NCBI GenBank assembly: GCA_964467305.1
Contig: CAYXQU010000001.1
Span: forward strand, 5,354 to 34,399
From: an uncultured Eubacteriales bacterium
GTDB taxonomy: Bacteria; Actinomycetota; Coriobacteriia; Anaerosomatales; PHET01
Length of the DNA: 29,046 nucleotides
Direction of reading: 5' to 3'
Under the pieces are notes generated by a model. The model saw nothing but the letters and a program-made list of their open reading frames with translations, was not told the DNA's origin and did no database searches. Below, one piece after another: positions 1 through 8,147 of the stretch; positions within the stretch are counted from its first letter, which is position 1; each line of letters starts with the position of its first letter. The position numbers and the translations under genes are program-made.

Positions 1-2901
1 TGGCGACAGCGGGTCGAGCGCGGCCGCAACACGACAGCCAAGCGCCGCCGAATCCGCGAGCACGCCAGCCACGGCGGGCAACGGAATACGAGGCCAGTCG
101 CGCAGAAGCGCCCGGGCATTCTCGACGGCATACTGGGGGGACGCGAGCAGCGCGTGGGCATGCTGCTGGAGCTCCGGCGCATTGGTCCCCAAACTGGCCG
201 CAAAGGCGCGTGCGGCACTGGAGAGGTTCGGGTTGTCGCCGAGGGGGAGGAGGCTGGATTCGTCGGTATCGAGGAACGCTGGGAACATGTTCGCGCCGCG
301 CTCAATCACGTGAAGGGAACATACTGCATGTGAAGCTATCGGGGTGTCGAACTGTTTCCGGACGCTCTGGGCTGCAGCAAGCCAGCTGTTGCCTGCCCTC
401 ACATGCTTCCTGTATTCCGCTCTCGGCCTGTCAAGAAGACGTGAGCGAGTCTCCCAATACAGCCACCGGGCATCGAGAGGGCGGTAGATGTACGGCACGA
501 CGTTCGCCACGTCGAAGCCGAGTCTGATGCACTCGTCGCGGACCGCAGCAGGATTGAAGGCCGAAGTGGCAACGCCGGCACTGCCCAGTGTGTCGGCCAG
601 TTCCTCCATGCGATTCGTGGGGTTGAGGTAATCACGCATTCGCTCCTCGAGGCGATCCCGGTCGATGTCAACGACGAAGTCATCTCGGCTTGTCTTGACG
701 CCCGGAAAGGACACTGGAAACAGCTCAGGCAACTTGGGCCACTCGAGGTAGCCGGACGCGACAGATACGGGGCGGAACGACAGCCCCAACGCCAACACCG
801 GCTCATGCTTCTCGTACGCGCGGGGCTTCCCCGCCGCCGTCTCGCCCAGCTCGGTACGCTTGCCCACGCCCCACCAGTCGGCGTAGGCAACTTCAGCGGC
901 GCGCTTCGCGCCTCGCACCAGCAGCGCGATGCCGGTCCCAACTTGAATACCCTCGCGGTTCTTCTCGGTGGAGAAGACGCTAGGGTCGGGCTTGCCCTCG
1001 GCGGTGAGCTTGCCAGTGCGGTACTTGTCGCCGTTGAGGTTATCAATCCAGATGCGATCGAAGGCCTCGAGAAACCGCTCGCGCATGCCTGTTGTTGAGA
1101 GGCCGTCGATCCAGCCGTTGTTCGAGATCAGACACACGACTCCACGCCCGGTGCGCTCGGTGATCTGGCGTTCTGCCATCCGGAAGAACCGGACATATAG
1201 GTCGTTGAGTCCCTGGCCCTGCGGTTTGGGTGCGAGCTTCGTCGTTCGGTACGCCTCGCTCAGCCCCCGCTCCTCGCCTATCGCCATGCCGGCGTACGAG
1301 TTGTACGGCGGGTTGCCAATCACCACGAGGATCTTCTCCTCGCGCTTCACGCGGTCAGCTGCGTCGCGTTCGTGCGCGAACTCGGGGAACAGCAGCGTCG
1401 AGTGCATCTGGTCGGGGTGGACGCGCTTGTCCTTGGGTGGCTCGGCACTGCCGTCACCCCAGCCGGTGAGCGCGTTGGTGAGGTAGATCGCGGCGCGTTC
1501 ATCGGCGTCCTTGAGGGGTACACCTAGCTCGGCGAGTAGGATCCCCATCTGCAGGTGCGCGACCACGAACGGCGCGGGCATGATCTCGAATCCTATGATG
1601 CGCTCCATCGCGGCGCGCTTCACGTCTTGGCGGGTGAGCGCATCGGCGCCCTTCTCGGTGAGCGTCTCGTCGATCTTGCGCAGCACCTCAACCAGGTAGG
1701 CACCGGTGCCGCAGCACGGGTCGAGCACCACAACGCTGGGGTCTGCGAGGCCATCGGCGATGCCCAGCTCCTCGCGAAGTGCCCAGTCCACGCGGGCCAC
1801 CATGTACTTCACGACCTCATCTGGCGTGTACCAGACGCCCAGCTCCTTGCGAAGCTGCGGGTCGAACGCCTCGAGGAACGGCTCGTAGAAGTACTGGACC
1901 GCGTGTTCCTCTTGGAACTTCTCGAAGAAGCTTGTGCGGTTGATGCGCCACAAGATCTCCTCGGCCCACTCGAGGACCTCGTCGATGTGTAAGTCGCGCA
2001 GGCCACGCGGGTTGGAGAACTGGTAGAAGAGCTCGGCGACCATGGGCACGTGCAGGGTCTGGCTGGCGGTCTCCCACTGGAAGCGGCGCTCCCACGGGAT
2101 GACTTCGGCGCGGTCCTTGTCGCGCGCCCACAGCACCCAGCTTGCGAACATGCCGTAGAAGAGCGTCTGTACCAAGGTGGAGCGGAAGAAGTGGTCGCCC
2201 TTCTCGCCTTCGAACTTCAGGCCCAGCGACTCTTCGAGCTGATTGCGGAGCTGCGCGAGCGCGTCGAGTTCGTGGCGCTGCTCAAGGCGCAACCGCGCAG
2301 TGCGTGCGTAGCTCGCGAGGAACCAGGCGACGTCTTTGGGATCGGAGAGCTCGGCGTTGTGCAGCAGGACTCGGCGCAGGAACTGCGTGAGGCCCTCGCC
2401 GGCGTCTTGTGCGAACTTGCGTGGCTGCTGGATGCGCGCCCAGAAGGCGGCCTCGGTCGCGGAGAGCTGGCAGGACTCGAGGGTACGCACGCCTTGGCCG
2501 TCGGGGCCGCGTCCCACCAGCACGAAGTCACGCAGGTTGGTGACGAGCACGAGGTCGTAGTGGTCCACGTAGCGCGCGACCTGATCGGAAGCGGCGATCG
2601 CGAAGACGTCGTCAGAGGTGCCTTTGACCTCGATCGCTCCGCGCGCGGGCTTCTGGCCGTGGAGCGGGTCTGTGCTGGGGTCCCAACCTTTGAGCTGGGT
2701 GGCGGTGAACAGCCCGCCGTCCGGGATGCCGGCACCGGTGTTGCGCAGGTTGATGATGGCGCTGACCTTGGGCTTGAGCTTGTGGCCAAGGTCCGTGAGC
2801 AGCGTAGCCAGCGGGCCGTAGTAGCTTGTCTCGGCGACGCCCGCGCCAGACGCGTAGATGTCGCGTAGTGAAGTGAAGTACGACTCGACTGGGTCGCGCA
2901 C
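1..2901 (-). CDS. Single-chain restriction-modification enzyme / N6-adenine DNA methyltransferase with type ISP-like C-terminal specificity region (type IIG-like); 3' end outside window
   Basis: Not in the ORF track because it has no stop in the window. Hand translation from GTG 2901 (RBS GAGGGG) gives MRDPVESYFTSLRDIYASGAGVAETSYYGPL..IPDGGLF..GAIEVK (PD..ExK nuclease-like), VLDPCCGTG (SAM motif I, ~1700-1730), IGNPPY (motif IV, ~1304-1320), and C-terminal SFPGVKTSRDDF, YRPLDARWLYWE and DWPRIPLP. I read 1-900 codon by codon with no stop and sampled the rest. Confidence 0.92.
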   Translation of the reverse strand, partial: MRDPVESYFTSLRDIYASGAGVAETSYYGPLATLLTDLGHKLKPKVSAIINLRNTGAGIPDGGLFTATQLKGWDPSTDPLHGQKPARGAIEVKGTSDDVFAIAASDQVARYVDHYDLVLVTNLRDFVLVGRGPDGQGVRTLESCQLSATEAAFWARIQQPRKFAQDAGEGLTQFLRRVLLHNAELSDPKDVAWFLASYARTARLRLEQRHELDALAQLRNQLEESLGLKFEGEKGDHFFRSTLVQTLFYGMFASWVLWARDKDRAEVIPWERRFQWETASQTLHVPMVAELFYQFSNPRGLRDLHIDEVLEWAEEILWRINRTSFFEKFQEEHAVQYFYEPFLEAFDPQLRKELGVWYTPDEVVKYMVARVDWALREELGIADGLADPSVVVLDPCCGTGAYLVEVLRKIDETLTEKGADALTRQDVKRAAMERIIGFEIMPAPFVVAHLQMGILLAELGVPLKDADERAAIYLTNALTGWGDGSAEPPKDKRVHPDQMHSTLLFPEFAHERDAADRVKREEKILVVIGNPPYNSYAGMAIGEERGLSEAYRTTKLAPKPQGQGLNDLYVRFFRMAERQITERTGRGVVCLISNNGWIDGLSTTGMRERFLEAFDRIWIDNLNGDKYRTGKLTAEGKPDPSVFSTEKNREGIQVGTGIALLVRGAKRAAEVAYADWWGVGKRTELGETAAGKPRAYEKHEPVLALGLSFRPVSVASGYLEWPKLPELFPVSFPGVKTSRDDFVVDIDRDRLEERMRDYLNPTNRMEELADTLGSAGVATSAFNPAAVRDECIRLGFDVANVVPYIYRPLDARWLYWETRSRLLDRPRAEYRKHVRAGNSWLAAAQSVRKQFDTPIASHAVCSLHVIERGANMFPAFLDTDESSLLPLGDNPNLSSAARAFAASLGTNAPELQQHAHALLASPQYAVENARALLRDWPRIPLPAVAGVLADSAALGCRVAAALDPLSP

Positions 2902-2967
2902 CAAGTGCCCCCTCAGGCTATGTGGATGCCGCTTGAAGCAGGATAGCAGGAGGGGGCATGGGGCGGG

Positions 2968-2995
2968 TTGACATCGGCTGGGAAAGCGGTATCAT
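2968..2995 (+). promoter_or_regulatory. sigma70-type promoter for the toxin-antitoxin operon
   Basis: TTGACA (2968-2973)-N16-TATCAT (2990-2995). Confidence 0.7.
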
Positions 2996-3090
2996 TTGAT
3001 ACTGTGTTAGGGAGTTGGTCGCGCTTATGTGCGACCCAGAAGCAGGGAGGCAGTCATGGAAAGAAGAGTCGCCGTGCGAAAGGATCCACC

Positions 3091-3444
3091 GTGTCTCGAC
3101 ACCAGATCGCCCTCCTGCTCCGCCTGTATCGTGAGGCTCTAGCCGCTAACCGCGTCAACTACAGACGGCGCGACAAAGAACGGGAGACCCTGTCCGCACT
3201 TGGAATCACGCCATCTGAAGCGTTTGGACTGATTGCTAGCTTGACGCCCGACGATGCGTTGAAGCCCATCAGACCCAACGACAACGCTCGATTCCCGGAG
3301 GAATCTGTGGGCGAGTTCGGGATGACGTACGAAGGTCACGAAATCTACGTGAGGATTTCCGCGTGTGGATGCGACGACGGTGCCACCGCCTTCGTACTAT
3401 CGTTCCATTTTGCCGAGCGAACGCTCGACTACCTCTACAAGTGA
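3091..3444 (+). CDS. MqsR-family type II toxin (putative mRNA interferase)
   Basis: 117 aa from GTG 3091 (AAAGGA 7 nt upstream). Has KERETLSALGIT, EIYVRI and a C-terminal LSFH motif typical of MqsR-like toxins. Directly upstream of an MqsA-like gene. Confidence 0.75.
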   Translation: MSRHQIALLLRLYREALAANRVNYRRRDKERETLSALGITPSEAFGLIASLTPDDALKPIRPNDNARFPEESVGEFGMTYEGHEIYVRISACGCDDGATAFVLSFHFAERTLDYLYK

Positions 3445-3459
3445 CTCGAATGAGGAACT

Positions 3460-4437
3460 ATGAAAAAACAGACACTCTGTCCGGAGTGCATGCAGATTAC
3501 CGACTACGACATCATCGAGCGGCCTGACACGTTCGAGATCCGCGGCGAGGAAGTCACCGTCGACGCCCGGGTGGCGCGGTGCAAACTGTGCGGCGAGGAG
3601 ATCGGGATGGCGGAGCTCGACGACGTCACCTACCGCGCTGCCTACAACGTGTACCGGGCTCGTCACGACCTCTTGCAGCCCGAGCAGATCAAGGCGATCC
3701 GGTCGAAGTACGGGCTTGGCCAGAAGGCGTTCGCCCGACTCCTAGGCTGGGGCGAGGTGACCGTGGCGCGATACGAGGCGGGATCACTGCAGTCGGTCTC
3801 GCATGATCAAGCGTTGCGCCTAGCTGAGGATCCGGCCCACGTGCGCCAGTTGCTGACGCGCAATGCGCACCGTCTTACTCCTCGGCAACTGGAAGAGCTG
3901 GAATCCCATCTTGGCCAACTATCGGCAGACCATGAGGGTTTGCTGGTGCACGAAGAAGCCGTGCGGTACGGAGCCAAGCCGGGTGTGGCGAAGCTCCGCG
4001 AGATGGCGGTGTTCTTCGCCGGGCACAAGGACACATGGCGCACGAAGCTGAACAAGTTGCTGTTCTACGCCGACTTCCTTCACCTCAAGCGGTACGGAGT
4101 GGCGATATCTGGCGCGCGCTACGTGAACATGCAGTACGGCCCCGTTCCCGCGGACTTCTACACGCTACAGGCCTCGCTCGTGGACGACGCCTCGATGGAT
4201 GAACGACCCAGTGCTGCTGGTGATTGCTCCGGAACGGTCTTCGTCGCGAATCGTCCGTTCGATCGCTCGCTGTTCTCGGAAGACGAACTGCAGACGTTAG
4301 GCGACGTAGCGCGGATGTTCGATGGCTGGTCCGCTTCAGCGATCTCCGAGTTCTCGCACAGAGAGCCGGCCTGGGCAGAGACCGGCGACCGCGAGACTAT
4401 CGACTACGCATTCGCGCAGCGGTTGCAGCTGTCGTAG
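3460..4437 (+). CDS. MqsA-family antitoxin: Zn ribbon + HTH + C-terminal Panacea (DUF4065/SocA-like) domain
   Basis: CPEC...CKLC; HTH IRSKYGLGQKAFARLLGWGEVTVARYE; Panacea-type TKLNKLLFYADF..YGPVP..SEFSHREPAW; RBS GAGGA. Confidence 0.9.
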   Translation: MKKQTLCPECMQITDYDIIERPDTFEIRGEEVTVDARVARCKLCGEEIGMAELDDVTYRAAYNVYRARHDLLQPEQIKAIRSKYGLGQKAFARLLGWGEVTVARYEAGSLQSVSHDQALRLAEDPAHVRQLLTRNAHRLTPRQLEELESHLGQLSADHEGLLVHEEAVRYGAKPGVAKLREMAVFFAGHKDTWRTKLNKLLFYADFLHLKRYGVAISGARYVNMQYGPVPADFYTLQASLVDDASMDERPSAAGDCSGTVFVANRPFDRSLFSEDELQTLGDVARMFDGWSASAISEFSHREPAWAETGDRETIDYAFAQRLQLS

Positions 4438-4449
4438 CGTGCGCTCTGC

Positions 4450-5388
4450 CTAACCCACCCACACACCCCGGAGCTCGCCGTGCGCCAGTCCCACCGCAAC
4501 CCTCGGCAACAGCTCCGGCGCCAGGCTCCGCAGATACTCCCCAGCGGCCGGGTCTTCGATGCCAAGCGCCTTGCACACACCTGTCGCGGCCTCCCGTAGC
4601 GCCCTCTCCCGACCTACCTCGCTCAGCGGCTCCATCCTGCGAGCGATCTCGGCGCGGTCCTCCTCGGTGATCCGCAGCGATTGCGGGTGCTTGCCCAGCA
4701 GCGCTCGGCCAATGGCGATTGTCGCGACCGGCTCGTAGAGGTTCACCAGCAGCTCCACGAAGTCCGGCGAGACACTCGCGAGCACGCGCTCACTTGCGCT
4801 GCGATCGAAGTGCCGCAGGAACCGTGCTTCGATGAGTAGCCGGCGCAGGTACTCGTTGATGTAGTCCACGCCCTCAAGAGTCTCAGGCACCGGATGGCAC
4901 AGCGGGTAGTCGATGCTGACCGCGATCTCGTGCGCGATTGACCGGAAGTCGTAGAACCGCGGGAAGTTGCCAATGCTCGCCAGCGTGTCCTGCAGCGCGA
5001 TGTTTGGGATGGCGGGCATGGTCGCGATCACTTCGCGCCACGACTCTCCCGCCAGTTCGACCTTGCGCTCGATGTCAGCGAGTCTGCGACGAAACTCGTC
5101 ATCGAGGTCGACCGAGAGCAGCCGCTCCGGGATCTCCGGTCGGTCAGGGTCGATGCCAAGCACGAAGCAGACGCTGCGCAGCAGGTCGAGCGCAACGTGC
5201 GTGGGGACCGACGTACTGTCGCCCATCGTGTAGATCGCCGTGCGGCGCTCAAGCAGACGCGAGAATCGCTCCTGGAAGACGGCGATCTCCTCGGGCGTGG
5301 CGATCGAGCTGCCACCTGCGGGCGCCGGCACGAGTGCGGGGTCGCTTGTCGGCTTCTGGGCAGAAACGGAGCCGTGGTCTTGGGCCAT
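4450..5388 (-). CDS. Uncharacterised protein, DUF6179-like
   Basis: ATG 5388 with RBS GAGGA. YTMGDSTSV and IDYPL motifs match my recollection of DUF6179. Strong coding bias. 11 bp downstream of the preceding gene. Confidence 0.7.
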   Translation of the reverse strand: MAQDHGSVSAQKPTSDPALVPAPAGGSSIATPEEIAVFQERFSRLLERRTAIYTMGDSTSVPTHVALDLLRSVCFVLGIDPDRPEIPERLLSVDLDDEFRRRLADIERKVELAGESWREVIATMPAIPNIALQDTLASIGNFPRFYDFRSIAHEIAVSIDYPLCHPVPETLEGVDYINEYLRRLLIEARFLRHFDRSASERVLASVSPDFVELLVNLYEPVATIAIGRALLGKHPQSLRITEEDRAEIARRMEPLSEVGRERALREAATGVCKALGIEDPAAGEYLRSLAPELLPRVAVGLAHGELRGVWVG

Positions 5389-5399
5389 GTGTGATTCCT

Positions 5400-6053
5400 C
5401 TACTCGTCGAGCCAGCTGGAACCCTCCCACCCTTCCGAGTACGTGTCATCGACCCACTTCGAGACGTCGAAACGCTGCTGCGCGAGGGTGCAGGCGTTTG
5501 CGGCAGCGTTGTCCGCCTCAGGGTCGGCGGCATCCTCGTAACCGGCGGACGGCTCGTCAATCGCCTCCCGATCGGCAGCTGTGAGGTCATGGAATCCAGG
5601 CCGAGCGGGCTGGACAAGCTCATCGCGAACGTGGCGCGCCAGCCCTTCGAAAAGCGCCTCCTCAAGCAGGTCTAGGTTGCCGTCCGCGAAGTCATCGAAC
5701 AGCGAGCGCATCTTGGCGATCAGCTCGTCATCGGCGACCTGCTCGAGCGACTCGTTCTTCACCTCGTAGAAGAGCGCCTGCAGCTCAAGTACGGTGTCGA
5801 CGAACGTCGCCTGCGACAGATGGGGGGAGCCGGCGAATGCTATCACCAGGTCCTTCGCCACCCCGCCGCCGAACTCGACCCGCTCGGAGACCCGCAAGGC
5901 CTCGGTCCGGCCCACTGCCAACGCCTGAACGTCCTGGGCCGACAACGTGAGGCCGTGACGCCTTATCACCTTGTTGATCGAGTCGAGTTCGCGTTTCGCG
6001 GCAAGCTGCATCTGCTGGGCGTCTTGTCCAAACGGCATGATCACTCGCATCAC
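5400..6053 (-). CDS. Uncharacterised protein, DUF6323-like, with acidic C-terminal tail
   Basis: RVEFGGG..SPHL..LFYEVKNE..DDELI..M..F pattern recalled for DUF6323. Start could be 6053, 6050 or 6038. Confidence 0.7.
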   Translation of the reverse strand: MMRVIMPFGQDAQQMQLAAKRELDSINKVIRRHGLTLSAQDVQALAVGRTEALRVSERVEFGGGVAKDLVIAFAGSPHLSQATFVDTVLELQALFYEVKNESLEQVADDELIAKMRSLFDDFADGNLDLLEEALFEGLARHVRDELVQPARPGFHDLTAADREAIDEPSAGYEDAADPEADNAAANACTLAQQRFDVSKWVDDTYSEGWEGSSWLDE

Positions 6054-6204
6054 CCCAAGCGCTTCAGAGCGCTTCCAGCGGGCCCGTCCGCTCCAAGCGC
6101 TCAGTCGAAGGCAGACCCGCCGCTGCCTCTGACTGTATATACGCCGTTTGTGCAGCGAATACAGGACTCGTTCTTGGGGCGGAATCGTGGTATGGTGTTG
6201 CTAG

Positions 6205-6239
6205 AAGATGAGGCCTTTGACCTCGTCTTTTCTTGTTTC
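6205..6239 (+). terminator. Intrinsic terminator-like hairpin with U-rich tail on + strand
   Basis: AAGATGAGG (6205-6213) / CCTCGTCTT (6221-6229), 9 bp with one G-U pair, followed by TTCTTGTTTC. Confidence 0.4.
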
Positions 6240-6301
6240 TCGGCTGGGGATGTCGGTATTCGCGGTACTCGCGATGCAGCAGTACCCTGGCCGCACCAAG
6301 C

Positions 6302-6334
6302 CCGAGGGCCGGACCTTCTCGGCCCGACCCTCGG
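6302..6334 (-). terminator. Hairpin, possible terminator of the 6362-6943 gene
   Basis: CCGAGGG...CCCTCGG with inner GGCCG/CGGCC pairing, about 30 nt past the stop; no U-tract. Confidence 0.4.
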
Positions 6335-6361
6335 TTCGTACCTGTGTCGGCACGTACACTC

Positions 6362-6943
6362 CTACATGCTCGGAGTCCCTGTACCTACCGGACGAATCCC
6401 GTGGCCCATGGGCAGACGGTGCTTCACCCACCACACCGATGCACCCGCGGCCGCGCCCACGATCGTCGACACCAGCCCCATCGTCAGGGCGAAGTACGTG
6501 AACTGCGCCACGCCCTCGACATCGATCGCAGCCGGTGCGACTGCACGCAGCGCTCCGGCGACCATCACCGCGATGAGCATCCCCACCGCCGAGAAAACAG
6601 CCACCGTGAGCGCGGAACGCATGCCGCCCAACACCCAGCCGGTCAACGCTCCGGCCACCGATGCCGCCAACACGGCCGACATCCACGCGGTCAGCGCGAT
6701 TCCCGAGCCCTCGGTGAGCGCCATGAACAGCGCCACCATGAACACCGCCGTGAACGAGATGCCGCCCACAAGCCCGCTGATCCACGCCTTACGTGAACCG
6801 AACTCGCCACGCGTTACCGCGTACCAGCCAACGAAAGCCGGAATCAGAATCGCAAACGGGAACTCGAAAGCCGTCCAGATATAGGCCGCCGCAGCGCCAA
6901 GTACGCCAAACACAGCGGCGCCTATCAACGTGTTGCGCAACAT
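6362..6943 (-). CDS. Multi-pass membrane protein of unknown function
   Basis: 193 aa, about 6 Gly/Ala-rich hydrophobic segments, RBS GAGGAGG. Confidence 0.8.
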   Translation of the reverse strand: MLRNTLIGAAVFGVLGAAAAYIWTAFEFPFAILIPAFVGWYAVTRGEFGSRKAWISGLVGGISFTAVFMVALFMALTEGSGIALTAWMSAVLAASVAGALTGWVLGGMRSALTVAVFSAVGMLIAVMVAGALRAVAPAAIDVEGVAQFTYFALTMGLVSTIVGAAAGASVWWVKHRLPMGHGIRPVGTGTPSM

Positions 6944-6982
6944 GGCGGGCCTCCTCTCGGCTGTTCGTTCTCTACCTCTGTT

Positions 6983-7693
6983 CTATATACCCACTAGGGT
7001 ATCTGCGCACTCAGCCGGCACGGCTTCGACCTTGGGGTGCAGGAAGTAGCCGCGCTCGACCATGTAGCGCTGTAGCCACAGCTGTGCAGGCCACGCGGCG
7101 GCGGCCACCCACACGGTCCACGCCCAGAAGTCGGAGCCTCTTGCCGCGTTGAGCGCCAGTGCGAACACGCTGATCACGACCCAGTGGAAGACTCGGCTTC
7201 GTAGCCCCGCAGAGGCGACCTCGATGGTCGCCACAGCTTGCGGGTCCTGATGGAACCGCCACAGCTCGAACCCGATCCAGCCGATCGCGACCATGCCCAG
7301 CATCACATCGGCGACGGCGGAACTCGCGCTCACGGCACCGCCGACCGCACCCAGCACCGTCATCACGAACAGCAGCGCCAACGCGCCGCCGGCCGTAAGC
7401 GACACCACATGCAACCGCAGTCGCGGCAGGTACACCTCGGCGGTGGCCGGTGCAGGCGGCTCATCCGCGGCCGCCGTGGGTTCGTCGGTGATGAACTCGC
7501 GCACGAGGCCGCTCAGGTCGCCCATCGACGCGATCGCTGTTCCCAGCGCCTCGTCTTCAGAGCGTCCATCCGCGACCAGGTCAGCGACCTTCGCGGTGAG
7601 GTCGGCGATGAGCTCCTCTTGCTGCTCGAGCACTTCGGGTGTCTCGGCGATCCCCACGAAGGCACCCTTGACGTAGTACTTGATGGCTTCCAT
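6983..7693 (-). CDS. Permease-prefix-domain-1 (HAAS-like) membrane protein
   Basis: N-terminal YVKGAF..EELIADL..G.SEDEA..AI.SMGD helical domain followed by about 4 TM segments; 3 bp downstream of a PadR gene, a well-known pairing. Confidence 0.8.
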   Translation of the reverse strand: MEAIKYYVKGAFVGIAETPEVLEQQEELIADLTAKVADLVADGRSEDEALGTAIASMGDLSGLVREFITDEPTAAADEPPAPATAEVYLPRLRLHVVSLTAGGALALLFVMTVLGAVGGAVSASSAVADVMLGMVAIGWIGFELWRFHQDPQAVATIEVASAGLRSRVFHWVVISVFALALNAARGSDFWAWTVWVAAAAWPAQLWLQRYMVERGYFLHPKVEAVPAECADTLVGI

Positions 7694-7696
7694 CGG

Positions 7697-8050
7697 TCAC
7701 TCCTTCTCGGCTTCGCCGGACACGAGCCGGTCGATGAGCGTGCGGGCGCGTTTCCAGTCCTCGAGGTTGCGTAGATAGGTCTCGCGACCCTCGGGCGCGA
7801 TGCGGTAGTACTTGCGGCGCCCGCCTTGGGACTCCTCGCCCCAGTACGAGCTGATCAGCCCGCTTCCCTCCATACGCCGAAACGCCGAGTAGAGCGTGGG
7901 CTCCTTGAGCTCGTACGTCCCGTCGGAGAGTAGGGCGACCTGCTTCACGATCTCGTAGCCGTAGCGGTCCTGACCGCTGAGCAGGCCAAGCACGATCGTG
8001 TCGATATGGCCACGAATCAAGTCACTGCTGATGGGGGCATCTGCTGTCAC
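7697..8050 (-). CDS. PadR family transcriptional regulator
   Basis: GTG 8050 with RBS AAGGAGG; DLIRGHIDTIVL..YGYEI..GTYELKEPTLY..GGRRKYYRI. Confidence 0.95.
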   Translation of the reverse strand: MTADAPISSDLIRGHIDTIVLGLLSGQDRYGYEIVKQVALLSDGTYELKEPTLYSAFRRMEGSGLISSYWGEESQGGRRKYYRIAPEGRETYLRNLEDWKRARTLIDRLVSGEAEKE

Positions 8051-8071
8051 GTCGCACCTCCTTCGAGGAGC

Positions 8072-8109
8072 ATCGTGCCGCACAGTAGTATGTCTGTCAA
8101 GGTAGTATG
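8072..8109 (-). promoter_or_regulatory. Promoter of the PadR operon with flanking direct repeats
   Basis: Minus strand TTGACA (8100-8095)-N17-CACGAT (8077-8072); GTAGTATG repeated at 8085-8092 and 8102-8109. Confidence 0.55.
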
Positions 8110-8147
8110 CAAGCCAGAACACTGCGATGCCGCGCGGGATCTTCTTG

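Noticed and set aside
210-2868. Many + and - strand track ORFs (e.g. 805-1098, 968-1486, 2050-2868, 2217-2789)
   Set aside because: Shadows of the long minus-strand RM gene, which carries all the motifs; similar Arg/Pro/Ala-rich shadow ORFs elsewhere were ignored for the same reason
2958-2999. 13-aa ORF (MGRVDIGWESGII) behind AGGAGG
   Set aside because: Lies on top of the TA promoter with no upstream + strand promoter seen; likely coincidental
6057-6102. AAGCGCTT as a LacI/CcpA operator core
   Set aside because: Lacks the flanking TG..CA, and no LacI-family gene is in the window; kept only as part of the leader-structure finding
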